A stretch of 64,000 bases of DNA from Perkinsus chesapeaki ATCC PRA-425 (Eukaryota; Protista; Perkinsozoa), in NCBI GenBank assembly GCA_013115145.1, contig JAAPAO010000077.1, positions 25,057-89,056 on the forward strand. Direction: 5' to 3'. Shown one piece after another: positions 1-11,600 of the stretch. The notes beneath the pieces are model-generated. The model had not been told where the DNA came from. It saw only the letters and a list, made by a program, of their open reading frames with translations, and made no database searches. The position numbers were made by a program, and so were the translations under genes. The first letter of the stretch is position 1. The number at the start of each line of letters is the position of its first letter.

Positions 1-118
1 AGCTCCCACCTCTCAGCATTTGCCTACCCGTGTCCCCACCACATTATGTGGACTTACTGATGAATCCGATGCCGTAGCGACCCGGCCGGCGTCAGCTCCT
101 CGAGCAACGAAGTTTTCT

Positions 119-3100
119 CTAGCATTTCCGATCGCTTTGAGGAGTTCTTCCTGACACACCGCGAGACCTAGAGGGCAATCGACTCTCATTAAACCTCACA
201 GTGAGCTCCCTCTGTGTTGGGACGTCTCCAGTCGAGCCTTCCTCCGAGGCCCTAACGCGCTTCTTTCGAAATCTCTCAGCAACGTCGTCGATCGTTGCAG
301 TTAATGACTCCGTGATCATTTCTGACACAGCTACGCGAGTGAGGGACTTCCTACCACTTGGAATCTCATCAACGTCGACAAGCGACTTCATCCAGCCGGT
401 GGAGCCATCGATCCCCCGATTTCTCTCACTTCTATCATCATCGCATAGGATGCTTTCTGCCACGTTGGTAGTGCCTGAATAATCAACCATTACTTTGCAT
501 TCTCCAGTGCATATCCAGAAAAGCGTCAACCTCCCATGTCCTTGCGAACTCAAGACTTGTGACAAGTCACTTGTCAGGTACCCGGATAAGCTCCTGGCTG
601 TACTCGCTCAATGACGTTCCTAATTCGATGCAACTTGATAAGCGAAAGCTACCCAATTTCCGCCAGGGTGGGTTCGACTCACAACCGCCATTACTAAAGA
701 CGTCCGAAAAAGAATGGCTTTTCAGCAGAAAGACCGAAACAGCCGACGGCTTCACCAAATGAACAGACTTACCTCCGTCTCCGTCACTCGCTACCATCTC
801 CCGCAGAGTTCGATCCCACTGTAACTCAGCAATACGTCGGAACTTAGGATGGCAGACATGTTTAAGGAACATTTTCTTCGATAGTGGAGAGTCCCTGGCA
901 TCATCAACTCATAACTCCACCAGGTCGCCAATGCTTACATGCTCTCAAAAATCCCCAAGGAGATCGCTCTGTCAACCGCGGCCGCGTCCGCTAGCCCTCG
1001 TCGAATTGCTTCTCTCAGGGTTAATAGCCCCAAATCGGTCCCTGAAAGGCCTCCATTCCGCGACTTTGAAAACAGTTCCTCACCGTAATGGCGCAAAAAG
1101 TTCTGCTGCTTCCTTACGGAAGTGAGCTCGAACAATCGACCCATGAGATTCTTCTCAGCCGTTGGTGAGACCAAAACAGACTCAAGCTCGCCAAGATACT
1201 TTCTGCGATTGGCAGAAACATTCTACTCGAAAGATACTATTGAAACTTACATAATCCACTCATCAACGAGATCATCGCCAGCGCACGGACAGAGGGACTT
1301 CAATAGCGTCCGGAAGGAGACGACTCCGATCCCCAAAGCGCCGCCCTTGAGGCTCATAAACCAGCTCTTAAAGTAGGATACCTGCAATCATTCACAGCGC
1401 ATCGATCAGGAGCGATGAGACCTACCTTGTTGCAAAGCTCTCTGTGTAGGACGGTCATAGCGGCTTTCTCAACCTCCACAGTTCCGTCGTCTATCAGCAT
1501 ACTCCTGGCTCGCTCATAAAGTCGACGGAACTCGGAAAGCAGCACTTGACGATACGATCCATCATAGGTCCTAAGAGACGGGACAATTGCAGAAAAACGG
1601 AGGATCTTGAAAATGCAGACACCACAGGCTTGTGAAGACATTTTAAAGAACCTCTGACAGAGGTTGCCCAAAAACATATATACACAAGGACGTGCGTTTC
1701 GAAACGGTCAAGAATTGCTCTAGAAGGATTTGCAGGCTTACAGAGGACACGAGCGATAATGAAAATATAACAAACAAAGGAGGGTTCTCCGAACTCATTT
1801 AACCCTCGGCAAGTTAGTTCCTGGTTGTTGCCCCTCACCTATCAGCGTGCGTCTTCATAAGCGCTAGGACGTTGGAAGCAACTACAACTTCATATTCATT
1901 GAGATACCGGCATTCGCTTCGATGGCTATGGATTGGGCAAACCCGACCGAAACCTGGGGGAAGGCAAATCCCAACATTCCAGAAAGTGGTTCAACTTACC
2001 AGCAGATAGCTCCACAGAGTATGTCGGGTCGTCCAAGGCCACCCTATCAGCAGCACTCTCCTTCAGCCCTCCTTTCGGTGACCCAGCAGCAGCAGCATTC
2101 GGCCTGATGTGGGAAGTACATCGAGCAACACAAGGGCAGATTCCTTATTAGAATTATTAGGAGCTAGTCTGAGCATGAGGATGATGTGCGAGCTCGTAAT
2201 CGTCGAGATATCTTCCAAGCCCGAACTCTATTCTCAGAGAGCTTTTCGTACAATACAATATGACGTGAATAAATCGAACATCTTACTTTAGAAGTATCCC
2301 CCACGGAGACCAACATCTCAAACGGAAAATAGCATTGCGCTCGACGAGAGGCAAGTAAACAGCAAAAGCGCTATACTCACTTTACGAGGCCATCGTAATA
2401 TATTTCACCCGCAACACTTCGGCTGTCTCCCACCTACCTCAGAGAGGGTAAAGCCGCCATGGACCTCGAGACAGCTCCGTCCTCCAAGGCCCATCGGACT
2501 ACTTCATCAACCGAGAGGCACGCTGTCTTTGGAAGATCATCAAATGACAGGTACCTGGAATACATAATATCAATTTGCTGGTGTTGAAATATACTCCTTC
2601 ATATGTGCGCCGACGAAGAAAGTTTCGACAGGAAAATAGGGTCGATTTTTCGGAGCCTTCTAGCTCGAAGTAATGCACATATTGCGATCATTCGGCATGA
2701 CAATTTTAGGACCCGCTTGAGGAACCGTCTACCTGTCGACCGTCCCAACAGCGAGGTCAAACTCTGCAAGTCCCCGGAACTTCTTACACGATATCGGCTA
2801 TCATCTTAGCCTGCTCGTGATGACCAATGACATTTCCTCCACCTTCATCAGCAGCAGCTTGATACGGTGAAGCTTCCCCGCCCTCGATGATGATCCTCGA
2901 GGATACTGTGGTGAAGGCTCGAAGAAAATTGGCGACAAGCAAAACCTAAAAAAGGAAGCTGAAAATTCGGTGAATGCGCCGCTGGAACTTTTAGAGTCCT
3001 TGAGAAGCGATGCATTTATTATCAATGGGCGCTCAGCGATCAAGTGTTTGGTTTGGTCATGCATGGGCTAAAGCGGATCCGATGGATCTAGCTTGACCTC

Positions 3101-3960
3101 AGAAATATCTTTTCATCATTGCTTCCGACCAACTAAGCCCCACCGCCTTTGGATTCTCTAAGCACTCAGTAAGTACTGGACGGATTCAGGGCCAAGCCTC
3201 TCCCACACTAATAGAGCTCAATAAAGTTATAAGTCATTTAAATTCTAAGTAAAGTAAGATTCTGATGGAGAACAACTCTAAATATCGCGCACCCATTCCC
3301 ATTGAAGCTCCGTCTAAAGCCACGTGCGCACCGCCGTCTATGCGTATAATTAGCTTTCTAGGTTGAAGCTTGCTCGTAACGTCTCTCAAAGATACTCACC
3401 AGCTCATCGTATCCGATCAGGCCATCTCGGTCAAAATCAAACATGCCCGCAATAAACCTCAATTTCGCTTCCACTGTCAATCCTCTACTCCAAAGGCACC
3501 CAACAGCCAGCAGTTGATACATATCAACACCAAGGTTAACTGCCTGCAAGCCATCAGATTCCCCGTCAATACGCAAACCCACACAGTACCTTTCCCAGCT
3601 CTGATGACGTAAAGTTTCCTCGATGATGAAGCGAGCACGCTAATTTCCGCGCATCCCCAACAGATAGGCCGATCAACTGCGCCGTAGCCTCTTGCGTCAG
3701 TAGCGGTCCTGCATTCGTATGATAACTTATAACTATACAGACATCATATCACCTTTAACGCAGCGGCGCCTGATAAAATGTGTGTACATCTCACAAAGCT
3801 CTGCTTGACTCTTTGATTTAAACACATCGAATTCGGGTACAGAGACAGCCTGAGCAGCACCAATCAATTCTCTGTATTTCCAACGGGCCCCTCCCGAAGA
3901 TGCTCACTGAGCTATATAGAATACTTTGCATTCGAGTTGGTCCTATGAGGCTCTCTGGTT
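119..3960 (-). CDS. Spliced hypothetical gene(s) with EF-hand-like Ca-binding loop(s); may be one or two genes
   Basis: Minus-strand exons flanked by GT/AG. They include LRFIAGMFDFDRDGLIGYDELVSIF (EF-hand loop DxDxDGxIxxxE, ~3370-3460), YLSFDDLPKTACLSVDEVVRW (~2440-2555) and VSFRTLLKSLCPCAGDDLVDEWI (~1250-1320). Boundaries and gene number are uncertain. Confidence 0.45.
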
Positions 3961-4972
3961 TTAACTATTACAGTTTGATATAGTTTCCAAAAAGTATAGA
4001 CCGAGTCTATTATATGCCAATAAAAGGAGTTAGTTCGTGGAAGATTCTCACCAACTGGCCAACGTCCACAGATGTCATTCCTGCCATAGTAATACGGAGA
4101 TACGAGTTATTCCAAGTCGCAATATCATGCACTCTGCAACGTCCGATGCAATCAACCCTCTAACACCCAGTCGCCGTTCCAGACCCCCTCCCCATGATTC
4201 GATTCTCAATGCTTTTACAGTGCAGCTCATCAACATTTTACCTGGCATTTAACTGGAAGCACCTCTTTAGTACATTCCCTAAAGAGTTCCCCCTGGCAAA
4301 GGATGTAGGCTAATTTCGCTAGCACACTGAATCCTTTTCGTAATCAAGCGAGTTGTACCGGGCAATATACACATACACTTAAACCAGACGTCGATTATAC
4401 TCTCATCACTGACCCTAGTATGACCTTCGTTCTTCCCTTCTCCATTCCAACTATCAGCGGGTCTAGTAATGAACTATGTTCAGACCCCATTCAAGTGCTG
4501 CATCTCGGCCATTATAAGAAGAACTACCAAACGCTACAAAACGCTCCCCCTCCCAACACAAGCATGCTTCACTGGAAACGTTACAGTTTTCACACTTTAG
4601 TGTTGGTAGCTTTTAGTACAAGTATATGAGCTGCTTGGACTCCAGCCACCGTACCCGATATCATCACACAATGCTTCCATCTGAACAACGACCAACCGTA
4701 ACCGTCTTCTAATTGATGACATTCTCCTTTCTTTTAAAGTGTGACAAATCTACTTGACAATTATAACCGCTGGTGAAAACATTTTTCCAATACGAGAAAC
4801 CTAGGATACGGTGCCTAGGATACGCAATTGTGTGTCGACTATCACATCAACTTCCCCATCTTGCCGCAGAAACACAAGCGTAAGCAACGTATCTTGGAGA
4901 TGCTATCTTCTACAAATCCCTCTTCCACTAGCCTCAATAACAGTAAGCAAAACCCTTAGACGTCCCTCAATA

Positions 4973-6357
4973 TTACTTCGCTGCAAGTTGCTGACTAGTT
5001 ATCAATGTACCAGTCTTAGCCATTATACTATCCAGTTCTCCTTCCTTTATTATCCTCTCCAAAGCCTCCTTATCAACATGGCATTCAATCACACAATGTG
5101 TCTTCATAACCTCCATTCCCTCTCTTGCTCCATCACCAATAACATCTGCCGTAATCGATGTTGACGCTGGCGTCTCAGCATTCGATATGACCATTGAGGA
5201 ATCTTCAAGGCCGTTCAACAAACCAACTCTGACACTCGGAATGCTTTCCTCCAATCTCCGATATACGCTCGCCTCTCCTTGATAAAATTAAGCTGACTAT
5301 CGTTCCCTCTGGCTCACCTTCCGACAACTAATGGATATATCCATCGGAATCATTTGAGAGATGTCAGATTTGCGTACTCAGGACACCTATTGAAGTTCAG
5401 TCCCCTGAATGTTTAACGAGAATCCCGAGGCTCCAGTGAGGATACCAATCAGATGATCCCGTTTCGGCTTTTCACAACTACCTGCCCAAAATTGACCTCG
5501 AACATTGCTCTACCACTCTCCCTATTGATACAAACACAACATCATCATTCCCCGCCAACTCCGAGAAAGAAAAAATACACAAGTGTCGATATACACTAAT
5601 AACCCGCCCAGACTTGATGCAAGTAGCGCTCGCCCAGATAATCGATATATAATAATTACGTTACTACTAGCTCGAAGGTGGAGCAGCTGCCATCACTCCA
5701 TTGGCCCCTGTCTGCTGCTGTTGCTGCATGAGGATGTCGTTCTGCTGCTCCGCGGCCTTTTTCAACGTTTTCGATTCCTTCACTCGGTTGCATTTGTTAA
5801 TGCGAATCCCTCCACGCTTCTTTATTTTCATACGAATGCGATCTCCCGATGATAGATTGTAATACGCCAAAGACTTGCTGTCGTCGCTGAAAACATTAAG
5901 GTGCTTTCCCCCATCACCAGCGAGACATACCGGCCAAATTTAATCCGGAATTCCGGCCTTCATACCCCATATACGACAATACAATTTCTCTAGGGCCAAT
6001 CCGGAGACCCGTTATCAACGTAATAATTGTGAAGTCCGTTCTACCCTGTTCACTATATATTCGAAGACCGCCACTATCAAAGCCACGATCTTTTTTTGTG
6101 GTCATACAGTTATCTCGAAGTTTCCCCTTCCCCCAGAGCCCTTATTACTTCAGCACTCCAGTTTCCCTCACAATAAGCTTCATAACCCCTGTTTTCCATC
6201 CCTGTGCTCTCGACTCTAGCATAGCCTTAAGCTCCCCAATGGTCATTCGCATACTCAAATCATCAATAACTATATTATTAGGTGACACTTGGCCCTTCTG
6301 TCGAATCGGTGCTGGAATTCTTTGTATTATACGTAGAGAGAGAGTATCACCTGCCAT
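4973..6357 (-). CDS. Spliced hypothetical protein, possible N-terminal ubiquitin-like domain
   Basis: ATG at 6357; MAGDTLSLRII...MTIGELKAML...MKLIVR resembles a Ubl fold pattern. Downstream exons include a Q/A-rich tract (5667-5780). 3' end uncertain. Confidence 0.4.
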
Positions 6358-6363
6358 AAGACT

Positions 6364-6385
6364 AAATCGATCACGTGATCGATTT
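6364..6385. promoter_or_regulatory. Perfect 22-bp palindrome AAATCGATCACGTGATCGATTT just upstream of an ATG
   Basis: Self-reverse-complementary by inspection. A 21/22 copy lies at 11484-11505. Confidence 0.6.
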
Positions 6386-6934
6386 CATCATTCTACGCAC
6401 TCTCAAGAATTTTCTAAACGTTCTCAAAGACCATTATTCAGACGACGAGACAGAGCCAGTCATCGACCCGATGCCTGGCAACGGTTATATTTTAAAAAGT
6501 TGAAAACGGTTGAAAAGATAACTGAATTTTCTTCAGTTTTGCCGGCTAAATCCCACTTCAGTCACCCAGCACAAGCACTACCTTTCTTAGCAATCCATTT
6601 ATCCTCGGGCAGCAGATCAACTCCCAATGGTCTTCTAATGCACAGATCACGCATGTGGCCTCGCCAAGGGTCGATGGCTCCGAATCCACGGACGTCCAAT
6701 TCACCCCTTTTCGCTTTATCACAAGTTGATATGATGAAGCCGGCCTTGGAATGGGCGTTCAGGAAAAACGCGCTAAAATAGTTTGGAAGATATGAACGAA
6801 ATCTGGGATGTTTTGGCTTATTTCAACCACAAGCAATTAAACCGCTCTTAAATGAAAATAAATGAACTTGAGCCGCCGCCTTCTAGTTGATCTTCTAGTA
6901 GTTCTAGATTGATCCCGATTCCTTTTGCCACTTC

Positions 6935-7583
6935 AGTACATGGCCGGAAAATCACAAAGTGCCCTTGAACCAACCTGGGCCGAATGACGAGGAAAATATG
7001 TATTTTGAGTGGCTTCAAATTTAAAAGGGTTACTTGGCATGCTTTTCATAAGGTCAGAGATATTATTCAACAAAGCCCTGAAGCGATGGACTCTTACCGA
7101 TCCGCATCCAAATGGTCCATAACCTTCAACAAAAGAACATCCGGAAGAGATTGCATCACCACCACACACTTGAGATCAAGTTCACCAGGGCGAAGTGTTC
7201 CATCTGAAGCCGTAAAAATTCATACCACATTTCCTCCTACTCGCGCTCAGGTATTACCCCGAGACCTCGCCGCCGAGTGCAATGCGGGTGTCTCCACGGC
7301 AATCTCAGACTGGTCCCTCACCCAGACCAAAATCGATCATTCGATCGATTCGCGCTATTCCTCCATTACTACCTTCCAAGTACTTCACGATCCTACTCCT
7401 CACTGGTTTCGGCAGGAATCTTGCCGCGTTCATCGCAGCATCGTCGCCGTATTTATCCAACTCCGGGCAATAACTATCCGGCTGCGTCCCCAACCCTAGC
7501 GGTGTCTCATCCACAGGATTCCATTGCATTCCAACATACGTATCACGATCACCTAACAACAACCAACATTCGTCACGCGCCAC
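6935..7583 (-). CDS. Hypothetical protein (spliced), weak F-box-like segment
   Basis: ORF 7305-7583 plus a downstream segment QSLPDVLLLKVMDHLD (~7100-7160). No firm homology. Confidence 0.3.
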
Positions 7584-8610
7584 AAAACTCCCCTTAATTA
7601 CTCAGAACTTTCATCTGCGCACATTGTATATGCTTCGCTCTCTCCTCCGGTGTAGCCAATGTAGTTTCATGACCATTACCGCCAGCGATAGGACGTGGCT
7701 CGCGCATGGCCGAAGGTGGCTGCGGCATACCCGACATCATACTCCCGTTATGGTTCATATTGAAACTCATCGAACACTAACATACATAGCGAATCAGTTC
7801 ATACCGACATTCCCTCCGTTATCTACTTGGTAACTCTCTCGAAGTACCCCTGTACTCCCTAGGATAGTCTAATACAGCCCTCCCCAATGAAATAAAACAT
7901 TTCGTTTTTTAACGATTTCTCGTCTGCTATTGAGTGTGCGACCTTAAAATTCTGCAGCATAGTACTAGAAGACACAGCAAGGAAGAATATGCAAATCGAT
8001 CAACCATTTCATGCCTGGGTGCAAAGATACCGGCGCGCGAAATTTACCGCGCGCGCAGGACTGCCTCGGTAAAATAGAATACTTTCGGAAGACACGCGAT
8101 AGAACCCTTCAATAGTATAACTAAATTTCAAAGAACAGCTCTACTCCATTCCTCAACAGTGGTGGGCGTTGGGACGCGGCGTCATCGGCCGTCAGCTCTC
8201 TACTCATAGGAGCGACACTTTATCCCAAGCCCATCATCCACCGATTTGAGGGCAACGCCAGGGAGGTCACTTGTCATCATACATGTCATACCCCAGACTA
8301 CTGAATCATAACCGAGAGCTAGCCAAAACCGCCGCGGTTAATTGGTAGAACCAGAGCCCTTCTAATATTACCAAGAGCTAGTTCAAGCAATCCTCCCGGA
8401 ACCTCCTAATAAGAAGACGCGAACCCGACTAAAGCGAAAGAATTAATAACTGCATTTATCCACAATCTACCCTCATCCTCCAATAGGGCCCTATAAGACA
8501 TGCTTAACCAAAAGGAAGAGTAGGTGAACTCAACAGTTACTATTGCTACTACGTAGGATAATAAGTTGGGAAATTGTAATGAGTGATCATTCGATCGTTC
8601 ATCATCATCA

Positions 8611-11600
8611 TCACACTGTGATCTCGACCTCATACTCGTGATCGGCACCCATGAAACTATCGCTCATCAAACACCTAAAATATGATACAGTACATAGTCA
8701 ACAATTATCAATTATAAAATATATATCGGAAGAGGAGCGGTATGGAAAGCTAAGAGAATTGTTAATATTGCAACAATAGCGAATGATGACAAAGACAAGT
8801 AAAATGTAAAAATCGATCGCAGAGAGAGATACCAACTATACGATGTAAGTGGCAAATATATGGCAATGTACAAAATAACAGAGATACTGTTTCCATCCAG
8901 GATCCTCCAAAACGAAAACGCTTCACCGAAACCAGAGCAACCAAGAGCGCGTATTCGTCCCTACAATGTATAAGCGTATTTCCCAGGCTTCTCCGGCAGC
9001 CTAAACTGCAGCTTCGCCTTCACTTGAGCTTGATTGATAGTAACTCTACGGATCGCAACAAGACTGTCCTTCATACCAGCCACTAACCACCAGGATTCCT
9101 CCTTCTCACCAGGATAATACCTAGCAGCTTCAACCATGCACCACACCCGATCTAAAGATACTCTTACTTAGCGTAAACCGGCACGAATCCAGCCGTTTTA
9201 TCGATCACACCCAGATCGCCATCCCTCTCCAATACAATAGGAATCTGTCACGAAATCGATCAACCAAATCGATCAACCGTTTCATCCTACAGTCACAGTC
9301 GTGCCATCCTTAGACTTGTTGATTTTATACTCCATATTGATGCTCGGGAACTGATTGCACGCTTGCGCAACTTCAGCAACTTGTGACTCCGACAAATTCC
9401 GGAATAGTTTATTCCTCTTATCATCGTCCAAGTCCAATATATCAAGCACATCTTCAACCTAAGATACCATCCCACAAAATGGTAAGCAAAAATCGCTTCG
9501 CTCCGCCTACATCCATTTTCTTAGCCTCATCCACGATATCCTGAGTAATATACGGTAACTGCATCAACAGACTAGTGTCCGGTCCCATCGCCTGGACAAT
9601 CATCTGTGACAACTCCATTGCTCTCAATGCTACTCGGTACCTAACACCAAATCGATCACCTGGGCGCGCGCTAAATACAAATCCTACCATTCGTTACTGG
9701 CAACAACATCAACCATGGCTTGAATAAGCCTGGTGGAGTTGATGAGGATGGTCCTCTGGTCGGCTGCGAGATCAGATCCTGGAAGCCTTTGGCGGGCCAG
9801 GTGGGCGTGGAGGAGAATAATGCACTTAACGACCGGATCGCCCTGCTTCAACTTGTTAGTTTCCACAGGAACCTAATCGATCAAAGTGCATCCAAGTCAA
9901 CCTTAAGATACTCCCCACCTTCAGACGCTCAGCCAAGTTCCTGAGAGGTCCCTCCTCGCCAGGGCGAACAGGAATAGACTCGAATTCCGTCGCGCCACAT
10001 AATGCTTCGACCAGAGCGCGCCTCTTGCTGGTGCGGGTGATGTTGCGTGAGAAGATCTCAATAGTCGATGGTCTCGTGTAGTAATACCTGATTAAGATAA
10101 CAACAATTTTTAAATACAAGTGTTGATCATATAATTTAATTTTAATAATCAATTCACTCAATCTGACAGTAAAAATTTTTAAATAAGTCTTGAATTGTAA
10201 AACATAAGCTTAGCATCAACCTAAGATACCAAAACCAACCCAGACAGTTCTATTATGTATATTATTTTGATTCCACAATAATCAATATGTAGCCTGCGTA
10301 TCTGTGATATAACGACGAAGCTCAGCCCACACCACATTGCACCATGCTCACACTACAACCCCATCGAACGAGACTACTATTTTCGATCAACTTGATAATA
10401 TTTCTTCTCAAAAACGTCAAGACGGTCACGCCTGGCGATTCCCCCTCGGAAGATTCCAAAATATCCCCTTAAACGTTGATTGAAATGTATAGAGAAGCGA
10501 TATGACGTAAATATAAGACAACAGCAAATACATCCCACTTACGCTGCCACCATGCCAAGATTAGTGCTGCTCAAGGTTATCTCATCATCACCAATTTCGA
10601 TACAGCCTGTCTGAGCCAAAGCATCAGCAGTCGACTCGATAATCTCAGACAAGAAATCTGATATCTCTTGTGGCGACACACCCTACAAAAAAGTTAAACA
10701 AAAAACGCTTCGCTCCGCCGCTTACCTGTAACGAATAGTAGTTAGGATTGCGTGTGATTCTTCTATAGAAGAATGTCCATGTTAACCAATCCACCGCATC
10801 TTGCTTGTTCTCTATGGTACCCGAAACAACCTAGAAAGAATCTTATCATCGCACTATAAAGATTTCAGATCCGCCCCATTGAGCGATCAATGACATTCCA
10901 AGGAACATCATCACTTTTCCATTTCCCATCCAATTTTTAAACCCGGAATTAGCCCATTTCGTTTTTAAAATGAATCCTCCAGTTCAAGTTCCCATGTATC
11001 GTATTCAGGAAGTGTCCATGACAGTTTATATCGGTATCATAGAAAAGTTCTTCACAAAATTCCGAGTCCTAACTCTACCATTCAGTCCAGAGGTTTATTC
11101 TCATCTACTCTATAATATTAAATATTATTATGACGCATTTATATTAATATTTTTTATTATATTTCATGTATATAATATCTACATAAATTCACACCATGCA
11201 TAATCAATTCCTCAACCCGCCCACCTCAGCATTAAGATGATCCGTAAGTTTCTGATCAAGTTGAGATTCAACGGGCATCGGCTCATAAATGAACTTCTTA
11301 TAGTAATCCTTCTTGGTAGTCGGACACAACAGTGCACACCTACAAAACCGGTAAACAAAAATCGCTTCGCTTCGCTAAACCTACGTAGCATGATCATCAA
11401 TTCCAGGCCGACCAGCAATGGACATCATCTCAACTACATCAGCAACATCATAATCGACATAACGACGTTGCCTGATCAAACGCAAATCGATCACGCGATC
11501 GATTTCACATCCATCTCACCTGGCATCATACTTAACCGTATCCATCACCACAACCATTCTACAGCCCGCATTGCGCGACTGCGGCAAAAGCCCCCAAGCA

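Noticed and set aside
806-817. B-box-like GAGTTCGATCCC (and GGGTTCGACTC at ~670)
   Set aside because: Lies in probable coding sequence of the minus-strand gene and lacks the A+T-run; consistent with the ~2 chance matches expected.
6029-6781. 250-aa plus-strand ORF
   Set aside because: TTG/GTG-type start, antisense to the Ubl-like gene and running through promoter sequence; a shadow ORF.
8406-8648. Membrane-protein-like ORF
   Set aside because: Overlaps the true last exon of Brr2 in another frame and extends into its 3' region.
9459-9467. GTATCTT as a possible U12-type donor (GTATCCTT)
   Set aside because: Frame analysis places the motif at intron 3' ends, not donors, and it lacks the CCT core.
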